Source: an uncultured virus (IMG/VR IMGVR_UViG_3300002349_000003) (Duplodnaviria > Heunggongvirae > Uroviricota > Caudoviricetes). From it: 64,000 bases of DNA. The stretch lies in the IMG/VR virus record IMGVR_UViG_3300002349_000003; one strand, given 5' to 3'. Every line of letters starts with the position of its first letter. Within the stretch, counting starts at the first letter, position 1. The translations under genes and the position numbers were made by a program. Of the stretch, positions 48,721 through 59,217 are shown in pieces. A model generated the notes under the pieces. That model did no database searches. It was not told the DNA's origin and was given only the letters and a program-made list of their open reading frames with translations.

Positions 48721-49614
48721 TTGATTATTATCGACTATTCACAAGTGGCATTGGCATCTATCTTTATGTTTGAAAAAGATCTCACTTCAGATGATGTAGA
48801 AAAGAATAAGGATATTATTAGACACGCAATTCTTACTAGTATCCTTTCCAATAAGAAAAAATTCGAATCTGAATTTGGTAATGATGTAGTATTGGCATGT
48901 GACGGATTTAATTATTGGAGAAAATCTGAATTTGCTCCTTATAAAGCAGCAAGAAAAAAAGCTAGAGACGATTCTAAACTAGATTGGAAATTTGTATTTG
49001 AGATTTTGTCTGAAACGAGAGAAGACTTACAAAAGTATTTTCCTTATAAAGTCATTAGGATTGAAAGAGCAGAAGCTGATGACATTATTGCTTGTCTATC
49101 AAAATGGACTCAGACTAATGATTTAATGTCTGAAGGCATTGAACCTATTCCTAAAAGAACTCTTATTATAAGTTCTGATAAGGACTTTAAGCAATTGCAT
49201 AAGTATTCCAATATTAAACAATACAGTCCAATGTTTAAGAAGTATGTCGAGAAACCTCCAAAGGTACTGGACTTTATTAATGAACATATTGCAAAGGGAG
49301 ATGCTAGCGACGGAATTCCCAATATACTAAGTGTTGATAATAGTTTTATTGACAAGATTAGACAAAAGTCAATGACTAAACCTAGATTGGAAGAATTCAT
49401 AAAACATGGAATTGGAGCTTGCAAAACGGAAGACGAAATCAGAAATTGGCATCGAAATGAATTGTTAATCTCATTTGATAAAATTCCAATAGATATTGAA
49501 GAGTCTATACTGAAGGCCTTTAATGAACCTGCTAAAGGTAATAAGAGTGAAATATTTAACTACTTAGTCAAAAACAGAATGAGACTACTACTAAACGATA
49601 TTGATAGTTTCTAA
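48721..49614 (+). CDS. rnh: RNase H / 5'-3' exonuclease
   Basis: IIDYSQ, YWRK..F..YKA.R, EADD, SSDKDF.QL, GDASDGIPN. Confidence 0.95.
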   Translation: MIIIDYSQVALASIFMFEKDLTSDDVEKNKDIIRHAILTSILSNKKKFESEFGNDVVLACDGFNYWRKSEFAPYKAARKKARDDSKLDWKFVFEILSETREDLQKYFPYKVIRIERAEADDIIACLSKWTQTNDLMSEGIEPIPKRTLIISSDKDFKQLHKYSNIKQYSPMFKKYVEKPPKVLDFINEHIAKGDASDGIPNILSVDNSFIDKIRQKSMTKPRLEEFIKHGIGACKTEDEIRNWHRNELLISFDKIPIDIEESILKAFNEPAKGNKSEIFNYLVKNRMRLLLNDIDSF

Positions 49615-49629
49615 CAACAAAGGAAAATT

Positions 49630-50187
49630 ATGGAATTGAATAAACGTGAAAGCGTACCAGAAATGTTACAACGATTTAATGATGGTGATACTCTTACATT
49701 ATTAAAGCAGAATTTCAGTAATGAAAGCCTTAAAATGCTATTTGGTTATGGGTTTATTCCAAAAGGTAAGTGGCTTTTGCCTGAAGGAACTCCACCTTAC
49801 AGAGAAGATGCTGCTCCTGTCGGTATGGCAAGGGCAAATCTCTGGATGGAGATTAAAAAGTTTGAAAGATTCATGAGAGCAGATTTGAATAAACTAAGAC
49901 GCGAACAGTTGTTCATTCAACTCTTAGAAGAATTACATCCATTAGAATCAAAATTAGTATTAGCTATTAAGGACCAGACTATACCAGATCTCTATCCTAA
50001 CATTACACTAGACAAAGTAGTCGATGCAGGATTCTTCATTTGGCCGCATGGTATTGATGAAACCGAATATAGAAATTCTGTAAAGAATAAGGAGGTCAAA
50101 CCAGCACCAATCCCAAAGTCAGAATCGAACCCACCAGTCTCTGGAAAAAAACGAGTACAGAAACAAAAGACAGTAGAAAACACTTAG
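49630..50187 (+). CDS. Conserved T4-like hypothetical protein
   Basis: W.LPEG.PPY, RREQLFIQLLEELHP.E. Confidence 0.7.
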   Translation: MELNKRESVPEMLQRFNDGDTLTLLKQNFSNESLKMLFGYGFIPKGKWLLPEGTPPYREDAAPVGMARANLWMEIKKFERFMRADLNKLRREQLFIQLLEELHPLESKLVLAIKDQTIPDLYPNITLDKVVDAGFFIWPHGIDETEYRNSVKNKEVKPAPIPKSESNPPVSGKKRVQKQKTVENT

Positions 50188-50241
50188 ATAGCATTCAGGT
50201 CTTATTAATCAAATTATCACAATTCTTATTAGGAGTTTAAA

Positions 50242-50397
50242 ATGATCAAATCTTGCAACTGCCCAGATAATACACCTGCTGCAAAATGCCAAACTGAAAC
50301 TTATGGGAAAGGCCAACGAGTATGGACTCAGGATAAGGGTATTGCAAAGGCATGTACAATTTGTGGTGCTAGAGGTGACGGAAGCAAAAAGAAATAA
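50242..50397 (+). CDS. Small Cys-rich protein (not in ORF track)
   Basis: AGGAG SD; MIKSCNC...YGKGQRV...CTICG. Confidence 0.6.
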   Translation: MIKSCNCPDNTPAAKCQTETYGKGQRVWTQDKGIAKACTICGARGDGSKKK

Positions 50398-50448
50398 TGT
50401 TTACAAATGTGGCATTTTGAATTATAATTAATTTTTTTGGAGTTTAAT

Positions 50449-50853
50449 ATGAGTACAAATTTTGTAAAAGATATTTCTGACATGCACACCAAGTTTGGTG
50501 TTAACACTACAGTTAATAAGTTTGATAAAGAAAGATTAACAGCATTTCTGGATTTTAGAATTGGGTGTTTGCAGGAAGAATTAGATGAACTTAAACATGC
50601 TGAAAATGCTGATGATGCGGTAGATGCCTTAATAGATCTAATAGTATTCGCAGTAGGTACCTTAGATGTGTACCAGGTTGACTCTGTTAAAGCCTGGCAA
50701 AGAGTGTATGATGCTAATATTGTTAAAGAAGTAGGAATTAAGGAAGGTAGACCCAATCCTTTTGGATTACCCGATCTAATTAAACCAGAAGGTTGGGTTG
50801 CTCCATCACATGTAGATAATGTTGGTTTATTAGATATAGTGTTTGCGGATTGA
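50449..50853 (+). CDS. MazG-like nucleotide pyrophosphohydrolase (candidate dCTPase)
   Basis: EELDEL, DALIDL..F..G, V.DAN..K, DLIKPEGW. Confidence 0.8.
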   Translation: MSTNFVKDISDMHTKFGVNTTVNKFDKERLTAFLDFRIGCLQEELDELKHAENADDAVDALIDLIVFAVGTLDVYQVDSVKAWQRVYDANIVKEVGIKEGRPNPFGLPDLIKPEGWVAPSHVDNVGLLDIVFAD

Positions 50854-50854
50854 T

Positions 50855-51835
50855 ATGTATTCTCTGACGGCCTTTGCATCGATATACGACAACAAAACTC
50901 ACCGTCAAGTAAGCCATAACACCTGGGAGTCGTTTGAGAAAATGCTATATGGCATGTCAAAACTTCCAGGTTATAAACTTAAAAAGGGAGAATTCAGAGC
51001 GCCTAAAGGTGTTAAGGCTTCTCCCTTAATCACACCAGCTTCTTATAGAGAAGGAACAACCCGTTCTAATGATGCTGTTGTAGAATGGTCTGGTTGGGCT
51101 GCACTTGATATTGATAACCATGTCTTTAAAGGAAACCTTAAAGAAGAGTTAAGTGAGAAATATGGAAAGACCTATTTTGTATGCTATTCTACATCAGGGT
51201 CAACGGTAGAACATCCTAAATTTAGACTAGTATTTCCATTAACTGGTTCTGTGAAAAAGGAAAAGATAAAACATTTTTGGTTTGCCTTGAATAGAGAGTT
51301 TGACGATCTTGGTGATGGTCAAACAAAGGATCTTTCCAGAATGTATTACGTGCCTGCGATTTATCCTAATGCTTATAATTTTATCTTTACTAATATTGGT
51401 GAGATTATAGACCCTGATAGATTAATGTTCAATCATCAGTATGAGCAACCGCGAGGACCTCTAAGTATATTAGAACAGATGCCGTCAGATATTCAAAAAA
51501 TGATACTAGCTCAAAGAGCAGATATGCTTGAGGAAATCTCGCATAAGAATTATTCGTGGTCTTCTTATGAGGATTGTCCGTTCGTAAACAAAAAAATGAT
51601 TCATGAGTATAGTTCTATAGCACATACCGATGGTTCTGGAAGATATGCGATGATGTATAAAATCATGACAAGTATTGCGTGTAATGCTATAAGAAGAAAG
51701 TATCCATTGAATGCTGTACAATTGGAAGAATTAATCCGTCAATTGGACAGAAACACTTCTAACTGTTATTCTAAGCGTCCTCTTCATACCGAGTCATCTA
51801 GAGCAATAGAATATGCTTATAGGAATATTAACTAA
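50855..51835 (+). CDS. AEP-superfamily primase-like protein
   Basis: WAALDID, YSTSGST...PKFRLVFPL, DLSRMYYVP; helical C-terminal domain. Confidence 0.75.
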   Translation: MYSLTAFASIYDNKTHRQVSHNTWESFEKMLYGMSKLPGYKLKKGEFRAPKGVKASPLITPASYREGTTRSNDAVVEWSGWAALDIDNHVFKGNLKEELSEKYGKTYFVCYSTSGSTVEHPKFRLVFPLTGSVKKEKIKHFWFALNREFDDLGDGQTKDLSRMYYVPAIYPNAYNFIFTNIGEIIDPDRLMFNHQYEQPRGPLSILEQMPSDIQKMILAQRADMLEEISHKNYSWSSYEDCPFVNKKMIHEYSSIAHTDGSGRYAMMYKIMTSIACNAIRRKYPLNAVQLEELIRQLDRNTSNCYSKRPLHTESSRAIEYAYRNIN

Positions 51836-51884
51836 TGTGTACAAATATAGAAATTAAGTTATAATATTAATTTATGAGAATTAT

Positions 51885-52427
51885 ATGATTAGAAAAATAG
51901 CATTAATGCTAAAAGATGCTGGAACAGTTGAGATTGACAAAGATACTATTCATAATGATGTACATTTAATGGCTTCTAGTATTTTTGAAAAACCTTTCAT
52001 GAGAAAGGAAAGATCATTTGAACAAGTGTATGAACACTGCGCGTATACTGCTATCGAGTATGCTCTTGCTAATGTTATTGACGGACAACGCAATCCTTTA
52101 AAATTCGATAAGACTAATCCTGAGTCTTACAAATATGATGTTATTAAGGACGATTTGAAATTTGAAGTAAAGAAACATGCTTTTAACAATTCCTATTTTA
52201 CATATCAAAAGTCTAATATTAATACATTTCTTAAGCACTGTCAAACATTAGACTATTTGGTAACTGCTACAATGGCAACTAATGTTGATTCTTACTTAAT
52301 AGATTTTTACATGATTATTAATGCAAAGAAATTCTCAGATAATTTCAAGCAATCAAAATTTAATGAAGGATGGTATTATGACCATCGATTCAATAATGAC
52401 AATATTATTATTAAAACCCTGGAGTGA
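51885..52427 (+). CDS. denB: Endonuclease IV-like (dC-specific) PD-(D/E)xK nuclease
   Basis: E.C....E, NP.SY.YDV, FEVK.H and S.FN.GWY align with T4 DenB as recalled. Confidence 0.65.
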   Translation: MIRKIALMLKDAGTVEIDKDTIHNDVHLMASSIFEKPFMRKERSFEQVYEHCAYTAIEYALANVIDGQRNPLKFDKTNPESYKYDVIKDDLKFEVKKHAFNNSYFTYQKSNINTFLKHCQTLDYLVTATMATNVDSYLIDFYMIINAKKFSDNFKQSKFNEGWYYDHRFNNDNIIIKTLE

Positions 52428-52837
52428 ATATGACTGAAGCAAAACGTAAATCTGTTGAAGTATTAGAAGAAGCAATTGCTCTTCAAATTAAGAAAGGTAA
52501 TGATTACCAGAATTCTGCATCAAGAGTAAGACAGGCAGATTACTATCCTCACGGAATCAATAGTATTTTAGATACTATTAATGCTAAAGTCTTACGAATG
52601 TTTTCTGTTATTGAAACAATGGAAGCGGGTGGATCTGTCAATTTTGAATCAATCGAGGATTCTGCTATCGATGGAATCAATTACTTATCATTCTTAGTTT
52701 CATACATGAGAGGTGAAATCGATGGTCAACAACCTGATAGAGATATTTTCAATAAGACGGGTCAACAAAATCGTGCCTTAATTCCTACTAAATTCAGAAC
52801 ACAAACTGGCGGCAATATTATTGGAGTAAACAAATAA
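52424..52837 (+). CDS. Nucleotide-modification-associated helical protein (DUF1599-like)
   Basis: Q.KKGNDY, K.LR, ES.EDS..D.INY; adjacent to dCMP hydroxymethylase. Confidence 0.65.
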   Translation: MNMTEAKRKSVEVLEEAIALQIKKGNDYQNSASRVRQADYYPHGINSILDTINAKVLRMFSVIETMEAGGSVNFESIEDSAIDGINYLSFLVSYMRGEIDGQQPDRDIFNKTGQQNRALIPTKFRTQTGGNIIGVNK

Positions 52838-53505
52838 TGGAACAATACTCTGTAAAAGATATTAGAAATGAATTTAAGTCACTATTGGAAAATGACGAAT
52901 TTGTAATAGACAAGACCGGTTGCAAAATGGTTGAAATTGCCGGAACATCATTTATTGCTAGTGAACCTACTATCTTTGGAACTCTTAATGAAGACTATGC
53001 TAAAAGAGAAATAGAATGGTACAAATCCATGTCTCTTAACGTTAATGACATTCCAGGTGAAACTCCAGCAGTGTGGAAACAGGTTGCTGATGCAAATGGA
53101 ATGATCAATTCTAATTATGGTTGGTGTGTTTATTCAAGAGAAAACCATTATCAATTCCAGAACGTACTTCAAGAATTAGTAAGAAATAGATTCTCTAGAA
53201 GAGCAATAATGATTTATACCCGGCCTTCTATTTGGGCCGAATTTGAAACCGTGGGAATGTCTGATTTTATTTGCACCAATACAGTTCAATATCTTATTAG
53301 AAATAATAAACTTCACGCATTTGTACAAATGCGGTCAAATGATGCAATTTTTGGATATAAAAATGACTTATATTGGCAACAGCACGTCCATACTGAATTG
53401 CATGAATGTCTTAATGAGAGTGGAGTACAATGCGAAATCGGTGATATTATCTGGAATGCAACATCGCTTCATGTTTATGAAAAACATTTCCATTTGATAA
53501 AATAA
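52837..53505 (+). CDS. gp42: dCMP hydroxymethylase (thymidylate synthase fold)
   Basis: INSNYGW, SRRA, DFICT, MRSNDAIFGYKND (Asp specificity residue), SLHVYE. Confidence 0.9.
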   Translation: MEQYSVKDIRNEFKSLLENDEFVIDKTGCKMVEIAGTSFIASEPTIFGTLNEDYAKREIEWYKSMSLNVNDIPGETPAVWKQVADANGMINSNYGWCVYSRENHYQFQNVLQELVRNRFSRRAIMIYTRPSIWAEFETVGMSDFICTNTVQYLIRNNKLHAFVQMRSNDAIFGYKNDLYWQQHVHTELHECLNESGVQCEIGDIIWNATSLHVYEKHFHLIK

Positions 53506-53589
53506 TAGTATACTTTTATAATTAGTATGATATAATAGCTTCAGGTTACTAATAATGGTAATCATAAATTAACACAGGAATTTTATATT

Positions 53590-53856
53590 ATGAGCAGCAA
53601 TCCAAGATCTTCTAAAAATTATGTTACCACTGTCAAAATGACCAACCCAGTTGACCGAGTATTTGTTGAACAGTTACGCCAATATATTAATGAAACAAAC
53701 CATCTTCGTAAAGTCAAACAAAGAGTAGTTCTTCGTGGTAGACTAGGCCATGATAATCCCGCGGCTCCTTACTATTATAACCAACCAACATGGTTCTATA
53801 ACGTTAAAATTCAGCACTCTGAAAGATCTGATGTGTATATTTACGAACGAAGATAA
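53590..53856 (+). CDS. Hypothetical protein
   Basis: Early promoter and SD; RVVLRGRLG..NP, DVYIYER. Confidence 0.6.
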   Translation: MSSNPRSSKNYVTTVKMTNPVDRVFVEQLRQYINETNHLRKVKQRVVLRGRLGHDNPAAPYYYNQPTWFYNVKIQHSERSDVYIYERR

Positions 53857-54302
53857 TGATGGAAAACAAATGGAATAATAGATTCATGGACATGGCGAAA
53901 GCTGTGTCCTTATGGTCCAAAGACCCCAGTACTAAAGTCGGTGCGGTTGCAGTAGGAAGCAAAAAACAAATCTTAGCTACTGGGTTCAATGGTTTTCCAA
54001 GAGGAATATCTGATACTATTGAGAGATTAGAAAATCGTGAAATTAAGTATGACTATATTGTACATGCTGAAAAGAATCTAATCTATAATGCTTCATATAC
54101 AGGAACATCATTAGATGGAGCAGCAATATATGTGTATGGACTTCCAGTATGTCTTGAATGCGCCAAGGGAATTATTCAAGTTGGAATTAGTGAGATTTAC
54201 GTAAGTAAAGAATGTCTAATGTCTAAACCAAATTGGTATGACTCTTGGCTTAAATCAAAAGCTATGTTTGAAGAAGTTGGGTTATTCGTAGATTTAGTTT
54301 GA
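53856..54302 (+). CDS. cd: dCMP deaminase
   Basis: SKDPSTKVGA, GFNGFPRG, HAE.N, P.C..C. Confidence 0.93.
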   Translation: MMENKWNNRFMDMAKAVSLWSKDPSTKVGAVAVGSKKQILATGFNGFPRGISDTIERLENREIKYDYIVHAEKNLIYNASYTGTSLDGAAIYVYGLPVCLECAKGIIQVGISEIYVSKECLMSKPNWYDSWLKSKAMFEEVGLFVDLV

Positions 54303-54440
54303 ACATCCTTGTCCATGCATATCCCTATGCAGTTCCATTATTGTATTTATACTAAAATAATAGTGTACTATTTCGATAATCATGATATAATAGTTTCAGA
54401 TTACCAATAATGGTAATCATCATTGAAGAGGAATTTTATA

Positions 54441-54719
54441 ATGGCTTATTTTAATAACACTATTACTAATGGCGGATTATTCAACAATGGTCTTGCCAAT
54501 TTTGAATACAGAGTTAGTACAGGTGATGCAGAAGGTCAAGGAACTTGGGGCATTGAAAACGGGTTTAAGTATGAAATAGCAATGTCTGACGGTTCCGTTA
54601 GATTTGCAAACATTAAGAAAACTGTTGCTTATGTGTGCATCGATATTGATGATCTATGTAAACCAATAGTAGAAAAGTGGAAAATTAAACATGTTTGGAC
54701 CAACGAATTTTTAAAATAA
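54441..54719 (+). CDS. Early hypothetical protein
   Basis: Promoter/stem-loop/GAGG SD upstream; VRFA.IKKTVAYV.ID, EKW.I. Confidence 0.6.
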   Translation: MAYFNNTITNGGLFNNGLANFEYRVSTGDAEGQGTWGIENGFKYEIAMSDGSVRFANIKKTVAYVCIDIDDLCKPIVEKWKIKHVWTNEFLK

Positions 54720-55292
54720 TAGTGTACAAGATGGTACTATATGATATAATAGTACCATCTTAACTTGACGAGGAACTTAATCATGCTATCAAAAATCACC
54801 AAAGCAAATCCTGCTTTCAAAACCAATATCCTATTTGCAATATATGGATTACTCATTGGCGCCGTACTTACCAGTGGAATCATCTATCAATCCACTAAGC
54901 ATTCATATTTCAAGGTATTTAATACTAAAATTGGCTTGATGGTTATCGTCAATGGCGGAGTCTATACACTTGAAGAAATCCGTAAATGTTCTAATGATTG
55001 CTAGGAGAACTAAGATGAATGTAATTGAACCAACTTGAAGCTGAAAGAACCATTGGAACCAAATTATGAAAGATAAAATTAAAGAACTTGCTTACCAAGT
55101 TAAACTACTCGATGACGACGGATGGAATACTTCTAACTTGACTCGGGACGTTGAAAAGTTTGCTGAATTGATTATTCAAGAATGTATTGGTCAATGCTTG
55201 TCTGTAACAGGAACTGAACACTATGGTTCAGTGGATGGATTTGTTGTGGATGAATGTGTAAAAAGAATTAGAAACCATTTTGGAGTAAAATA

Positions 55293-55479
55293 ATGACTAC
55301 TGTTGCTGAATTTATGGCCGTATCTACAAACTCTTCCTCAGGATGCACAAGTTAAAGTTTTATCATATGATACTGGAAGATGGGAACCTTTGTTCATCGC
55401 GGCAGAATTGGATCCTTATTACAGTGATACTTGTTGGTTTGATGTTGATGGTAATGAACTTAGACTTGGAGAAAAATAA
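55293..55479 (+). pseudogene. Small ORF interrupted by an apparent 1-nt frameshift (or sequence error)
   Basis: MTTVAEFMA continues in another frame as YLQTLPQDAQVKV...LRLGEK* after ATGGCCGTAT. Confidence 0.5.
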
Positions 55480-55914
55480 TGGCTAATGTATATGTTGTAA
55501 CTGCTTATCGATTTGGTGACCGTGAAAGACATTCTTACGTGGTTGGAGTTTTTACTAATGCAGAATTGGCAATTGAAGTTGCTGAACAAGTACCGGATGA
55601 ACGTGCAGGAAAATATTACGCTGAGGTACTTAAATTTGGTCTTAACAAAACTGATAATGATGAATTTGATGCTGTGTGGCCATTATCACGGTACGATGAA
55701 ATCAAAAAACTATATGGCGAGGGAGTATGAGAAGATTTAAGTTAAACGCGGGTATCCATTTGATGGAAGAATCAGATGATGGTTATTGGGTAAGATACAT
55801 AGATTTGGAACCAATCGTAAAAGCAATAGCATCAGGCAATACTGATGACTATGGCGATTTAATTATTCCGGTAGAAAAAGTACAAATACTTTTAGATTTT
55901 GCACAGGTAAAGCG

Positions 55915-56904
55915 ATGAAACAATATTACGATCTTCTTCAGAAAATCATGGAAACTGGTAATCCAACTAATGATAGGACAGGAGTTGGCACTCTTTCACT
56001 TTTCGGCGAGCAACTTAAATTCAATCTTCAATCTGGATTTCCTTTACTTACTGGCAAGTTTACTTCATTCAAGACAATCTCAAACGAACTGTTGTGGTTC
56101 CTGAATGGGTATACAAACAATGAAGATTTAAGAAAATTGAATGGTAATGATAAACCAACCATTTGGGAAGAATGGTCAACGCCTTCGGGTGACTTAGGTC
56201 CAATCTACGGTAAACAGTGGCGTAACTGGGGTGCCGTTCCTATTCCAAATATGCCAACAGAATCTATGGATGGTATTGACCAAATTGAAAATCTTATCCG
56301 TGGTCTTAAAGAAAGACCATTCAGTCGTCGTCATATTATATCAGCATGGAATGTTGCTGATTTGCCAAGCGAAGAATTAACGCCTCAAGAAAATGTAGAA
56401 TCAGGTAAGATGGCTTTGGCGCCTTGTCATGCATTTGTTCAGTTTGGTGTTAGAGAATTATCCTTCAGTGAACGCGCTGTTCTGTATGTCCAGAAATATT
56501 TTGGTACTCATTTTGGACTTGGATATGATAGGGACTATGAGAATCTTATGAATAATGTTGGTGTTCCTAAATATGGATTATCTTGTCATTTATACCAAAG
56601 AAGTGCTGATATCTTTTTAGGAGTTCCCTATAACATTGCTAGTTATGCGTTGTTCACTGAAATACTCGGCAATTTGACAAATATGTTACCAGAGAATTTG
56701 ATTATCTCATTTGGCGATGTTCATCTATATAAGAATCATATCAACCAAACAAAAGAACTACTATCGCGGAATCTTGCAGAATATGCATTACCTACGTTGG
56801 TATTCAATGACCATTATAATTCTATTGATGAGATTAATGAATATAGTTATACCATTAAAGATTACCGGTCACTTGGATCTATTAAAGCAGAGGTTGCGGT
56901 GTGA
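55915..56904 (+). CDS. td: Thymidylate synthase
   Basis: DRTGVGT, ELLWFL, GPIYGKQWR, MALAPCH, YQRSAD.FLGVPYNIASY; no intron. Confidence 0.96.
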   Translation: MKQYYDLLQKIMETGNPTNDRTGVGTLSLFGEQLKFNLQSGFPLLTGKFTSFKTISNELLWFLNGYTNNEDLRKLNGNDKPTIWEEWSTPSGDLGPIYGKQWRNWGAVPIPNMPTESMDGIDQIENLIRGLKERPFSRRHIISAWNVADLPSEELTPQENVESGKMALAPCHAFVQFGVRELSFSERAVLYVQKYFGTHFGLGYDRDYENLMNNVGVPKYGLSCHLYQRSADIFLGVPYNIASYALFTEILGNLTNMLPENLIISFGDVHLYKNHINQTKELLSRNLAEYALPTLVFNDHYNSIDEINEYSYTIKDYRSLGSIKAEVAV

Positions 56905-57374
56905 AGCCATTTGATAATTTATATTTAATTGCCGCAGTAGCAAAATTCGGTGTTATTGGAGACTCATACACTCCTGGCATGCTTTGGCATTGCCGAGAAG
57001 AACTTAAACACTTCAAAAATACGACAATGGGTTCTACTATAGTTATGGGTAGGATTACTGCTGAAACCACTGGCAAATTACCTGGGCGTGACTGTATTGT
57101 ATTAAGTAGAGATCCTAATTATAAATTAGAAGGATTTACTACAATGACAATTGATAATTTCTTGACTTATGCTCAATGTAATCCAACAGTAAGTTTTATG
57201 ATATGTGGTGGAGGTGAAATATATCTTTCTCTTATAGCTTATTGTAGGATTGCTATTGTATCAAGAATGAAGTTAGAAGTCAAAGGTGATATTACTTTTT
57301 ATGTTCCGTCAGAATTTGAAAAGTACAATGTAAGAGAATTTTCTGACTTTACTGTAAACTACTATTCACGCTGA
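56901..57374 (+). CDS. frd: Dihydrofolate reductase
   Basis: GVIG, HFK.TT, VMGR.T, LPGR..IVLSR, ICGGGEIY. Confidence 0.92.
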   Translation: MKPFDNLYLIAAVAKFGVIGDSYTPGMLWHCREELKHFKNTTMGSTIVMGRITAETTGKLPGRDCIVLSRDPNYKLEGFTTMTIDNFLTYAQCNPTVSFMICGGGEIYLSLIAYCRIAIVSRMKLEVKGDITFYVPSEFEKYNVREFSDFTVNYYSR

Positions 57375-58037
57375 GGATTTATGAAATATGATGAAACTAT
57401 TCTGTATTTTAGTCTTGTTTGTATCTACTGGATGTGCAGTATATCCCACTTCTTATCGCGGCTATAGTTATTATCCAGGCACTGTTGTGTTGTATCCCAA
57501 TCATAATAACCATTGGCATGAGTACCAACATAGTCATCGTTGGAATGATAATTGGAGTAGATAATGTATTGGTTATATGAATATGCTGAAAGAGCTGGAT
57601 TTAAAGTTAGTAATGATGGTGTTATCACATCGGATGAGGACTTGAAAATCCCATTAGAAACTTTTGCAGATATGATTGCTAATGAGACATTAAAACAATA
57701 CCTTGCCGGTGTCTGTGCTGCTATGAGAAATGGACAAACTCTGCATTAATGTTTACAAGACTGTATTATATGATATAATGATATTGTCAATACTTTATGA
57801 GCTTATTATGGCGCAATTTGAAAAATTAGATGAATATCTTATCGTTAATACCAATACAAAGAATGGTATGTTATCAGCAAAATCACTTTGCAACGCATTG
57901 GTACTTGTTGACGACTTGAACCAAAAGTGTATAGAACATAGCACTGCCACCAGATACAAAGTCATTGTTAAACCAGATTGGGAATGGATTGGTTGGGACG
58001 AAGTTAAAATTTTAGTTGATATTTGAGGAGAACTTAT

Positions 58038-59084
58038 ATGCCTGTAGAATTTAGAAAAATGGTTACTATCAATCCAGTAGTTGAAATCAAATCCATCGCT
58101 GGTGCTGATTTGATTTGCGCATACAGAGTTAAAGGTTGGTGGGTAGTTGACCAAGTGGGAAAATATAATGTAGGTGATTTAGTACTCTATGCTGAAATCG
58201 ATTCTTGGATTCCTCATGATATTGCTCCATTCTTATCCAAAGGTAAAGAACCTAAAGAGTATAATGGTGTTAAAGGTGAACGATTAAGAACTATCAAGTT
58301 GAAAGGTCAAGTGTCTCAGGGATTATTATTACCAATGAATCTTTTGGACTCTACTGAATATAATAGTCATTTGCCAGACTCAGCAGAAACTATAGATGTA
58401 TCTGATTTTTTGAATGTTCAGAAATGGGAAGCTCCTATTCCTGCAAATCTTCGTGGTCAGATGAAAGGTAATTTTCCTGCATTTATCCGCAAGACTGACC
58501 AAGAAAGATGCCAGAATTTGGTAGAAGAAATTGGCCATGAATTTTTCCACCAATGTCATTTTGAAGTGTCTTTGAAGTTAGATGGCTCGTCATGCACCGT
58601 TTATCATAATGCTGGTTTGGTAGGTGTCTGTTCAAGAAATTTAGATTTGAAACTTGAGCAAGAAGGCAATTCATTCGTTGAGATTGCCAAGTCGACTGGA
58701 TTACTGAAAGCATTGATTACACTTAATGAGAATATTGCGGTCCAAGGTGAATTAATGGGACCTGGTATTCAAGGTAATAAAGAAGGATTTGATTCTCATA
58801 AGTTGTTCATCTTCGATATCTTTGACATTGATAACCAATGCTATCTTGAATTTTCTGAAAGAATGAATTGTATTCTTAGACTTAAAGATGCTGGTTATAC
58901 TGGTGACATAGTACCTACCTATCATGTTGGTCCTTTACAGCATGGAAATATTGAAGACCTATTGAAAATGGCTGATGGTCCATCGATTAATGCTAAGGTT
59001 AGAGAAGGTTTGGTATTCAAACGAACTGATGGTCAATTCTCATTCAAGGCAATCTCTCAAAAATTCCTATTGAACGAAAAGTAA
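58038..59084 (+). CDS. RNA ligase (DRB0094/Rnl2-like family)
   Basis: RLRTIKLKGQVSQG, KTDQER, KLDGSS, QGEL.GPGIQ, EGLVFK, SFKAIS. Confidence 0.9.
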   Translation: MPVEFRKMVTINPVVEIKSIAGADLICAYRVKGWWVVDQVGKYNVGDLVLYAEIDSWIPHDIAPFLSKGKEPKEYNGVKGERLRTIKLKGQVSQGLLLPMNLLDSTEYNSHLPDSAETIDVSDFLNVQKWEAPIPANLRGQMKGNFPAFIRKTDQERCQNLVEEIGHEFFHQCHFEVSLKLDGSSCTVYHNAGLVGVCSRNLDLKLEQEGNSFVEIAKSTGLLKALITLNENIAVQGELMGPGIQGNKEGFDSHKLFIFDIFDIDNQCYLEFSERMNCILRLKDAGYTGDIVPTYHVGPLQHGNIEDLLKMADGPSINAKVREGLVFKRTDGQFSFKAISQKFLLNEK

Positions 59085-59093
59085 TTTATAATG

Positions 59094-59118
59094 AAGCCAG
59101 TCTCTGCACTGGCTTTTT
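59094..59118 (+). terminator. Intrinsic terminator
   Basis: AAGCCAGT/ACTGGCTT stem plus T run. Confidence 0.8.
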
Positions 59119-59217
59119 ATTGCCCCGAAAATAATTTGATTATTTTGAATTCTTTTGTGTACTATTACTGAAACCATGATATAATAGACTCATACCAACT
59201 AATAGAGGATTTATATC

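Noticed and set aside
50328..50960. 210-aa minus-strand ORF and other antisense ORFs in the track
   Set aside because: They shadow well-supported + strand genes and lack SD sequences and motifs. Only the two endonuclease ORFs are credible on the minus strand.
55310..55325. Programmed frameshift
   Set aside because: No slippery sequence; a single-base error or pseudogene is simpler. The N at 63093 shows the consensus is imperfect.
56440..56580. Insertion in thymidylate synthase as an intron or intein
   Set aside because: In frame, about 40 aa, with no splicing motifs; most likely a loop insertion.
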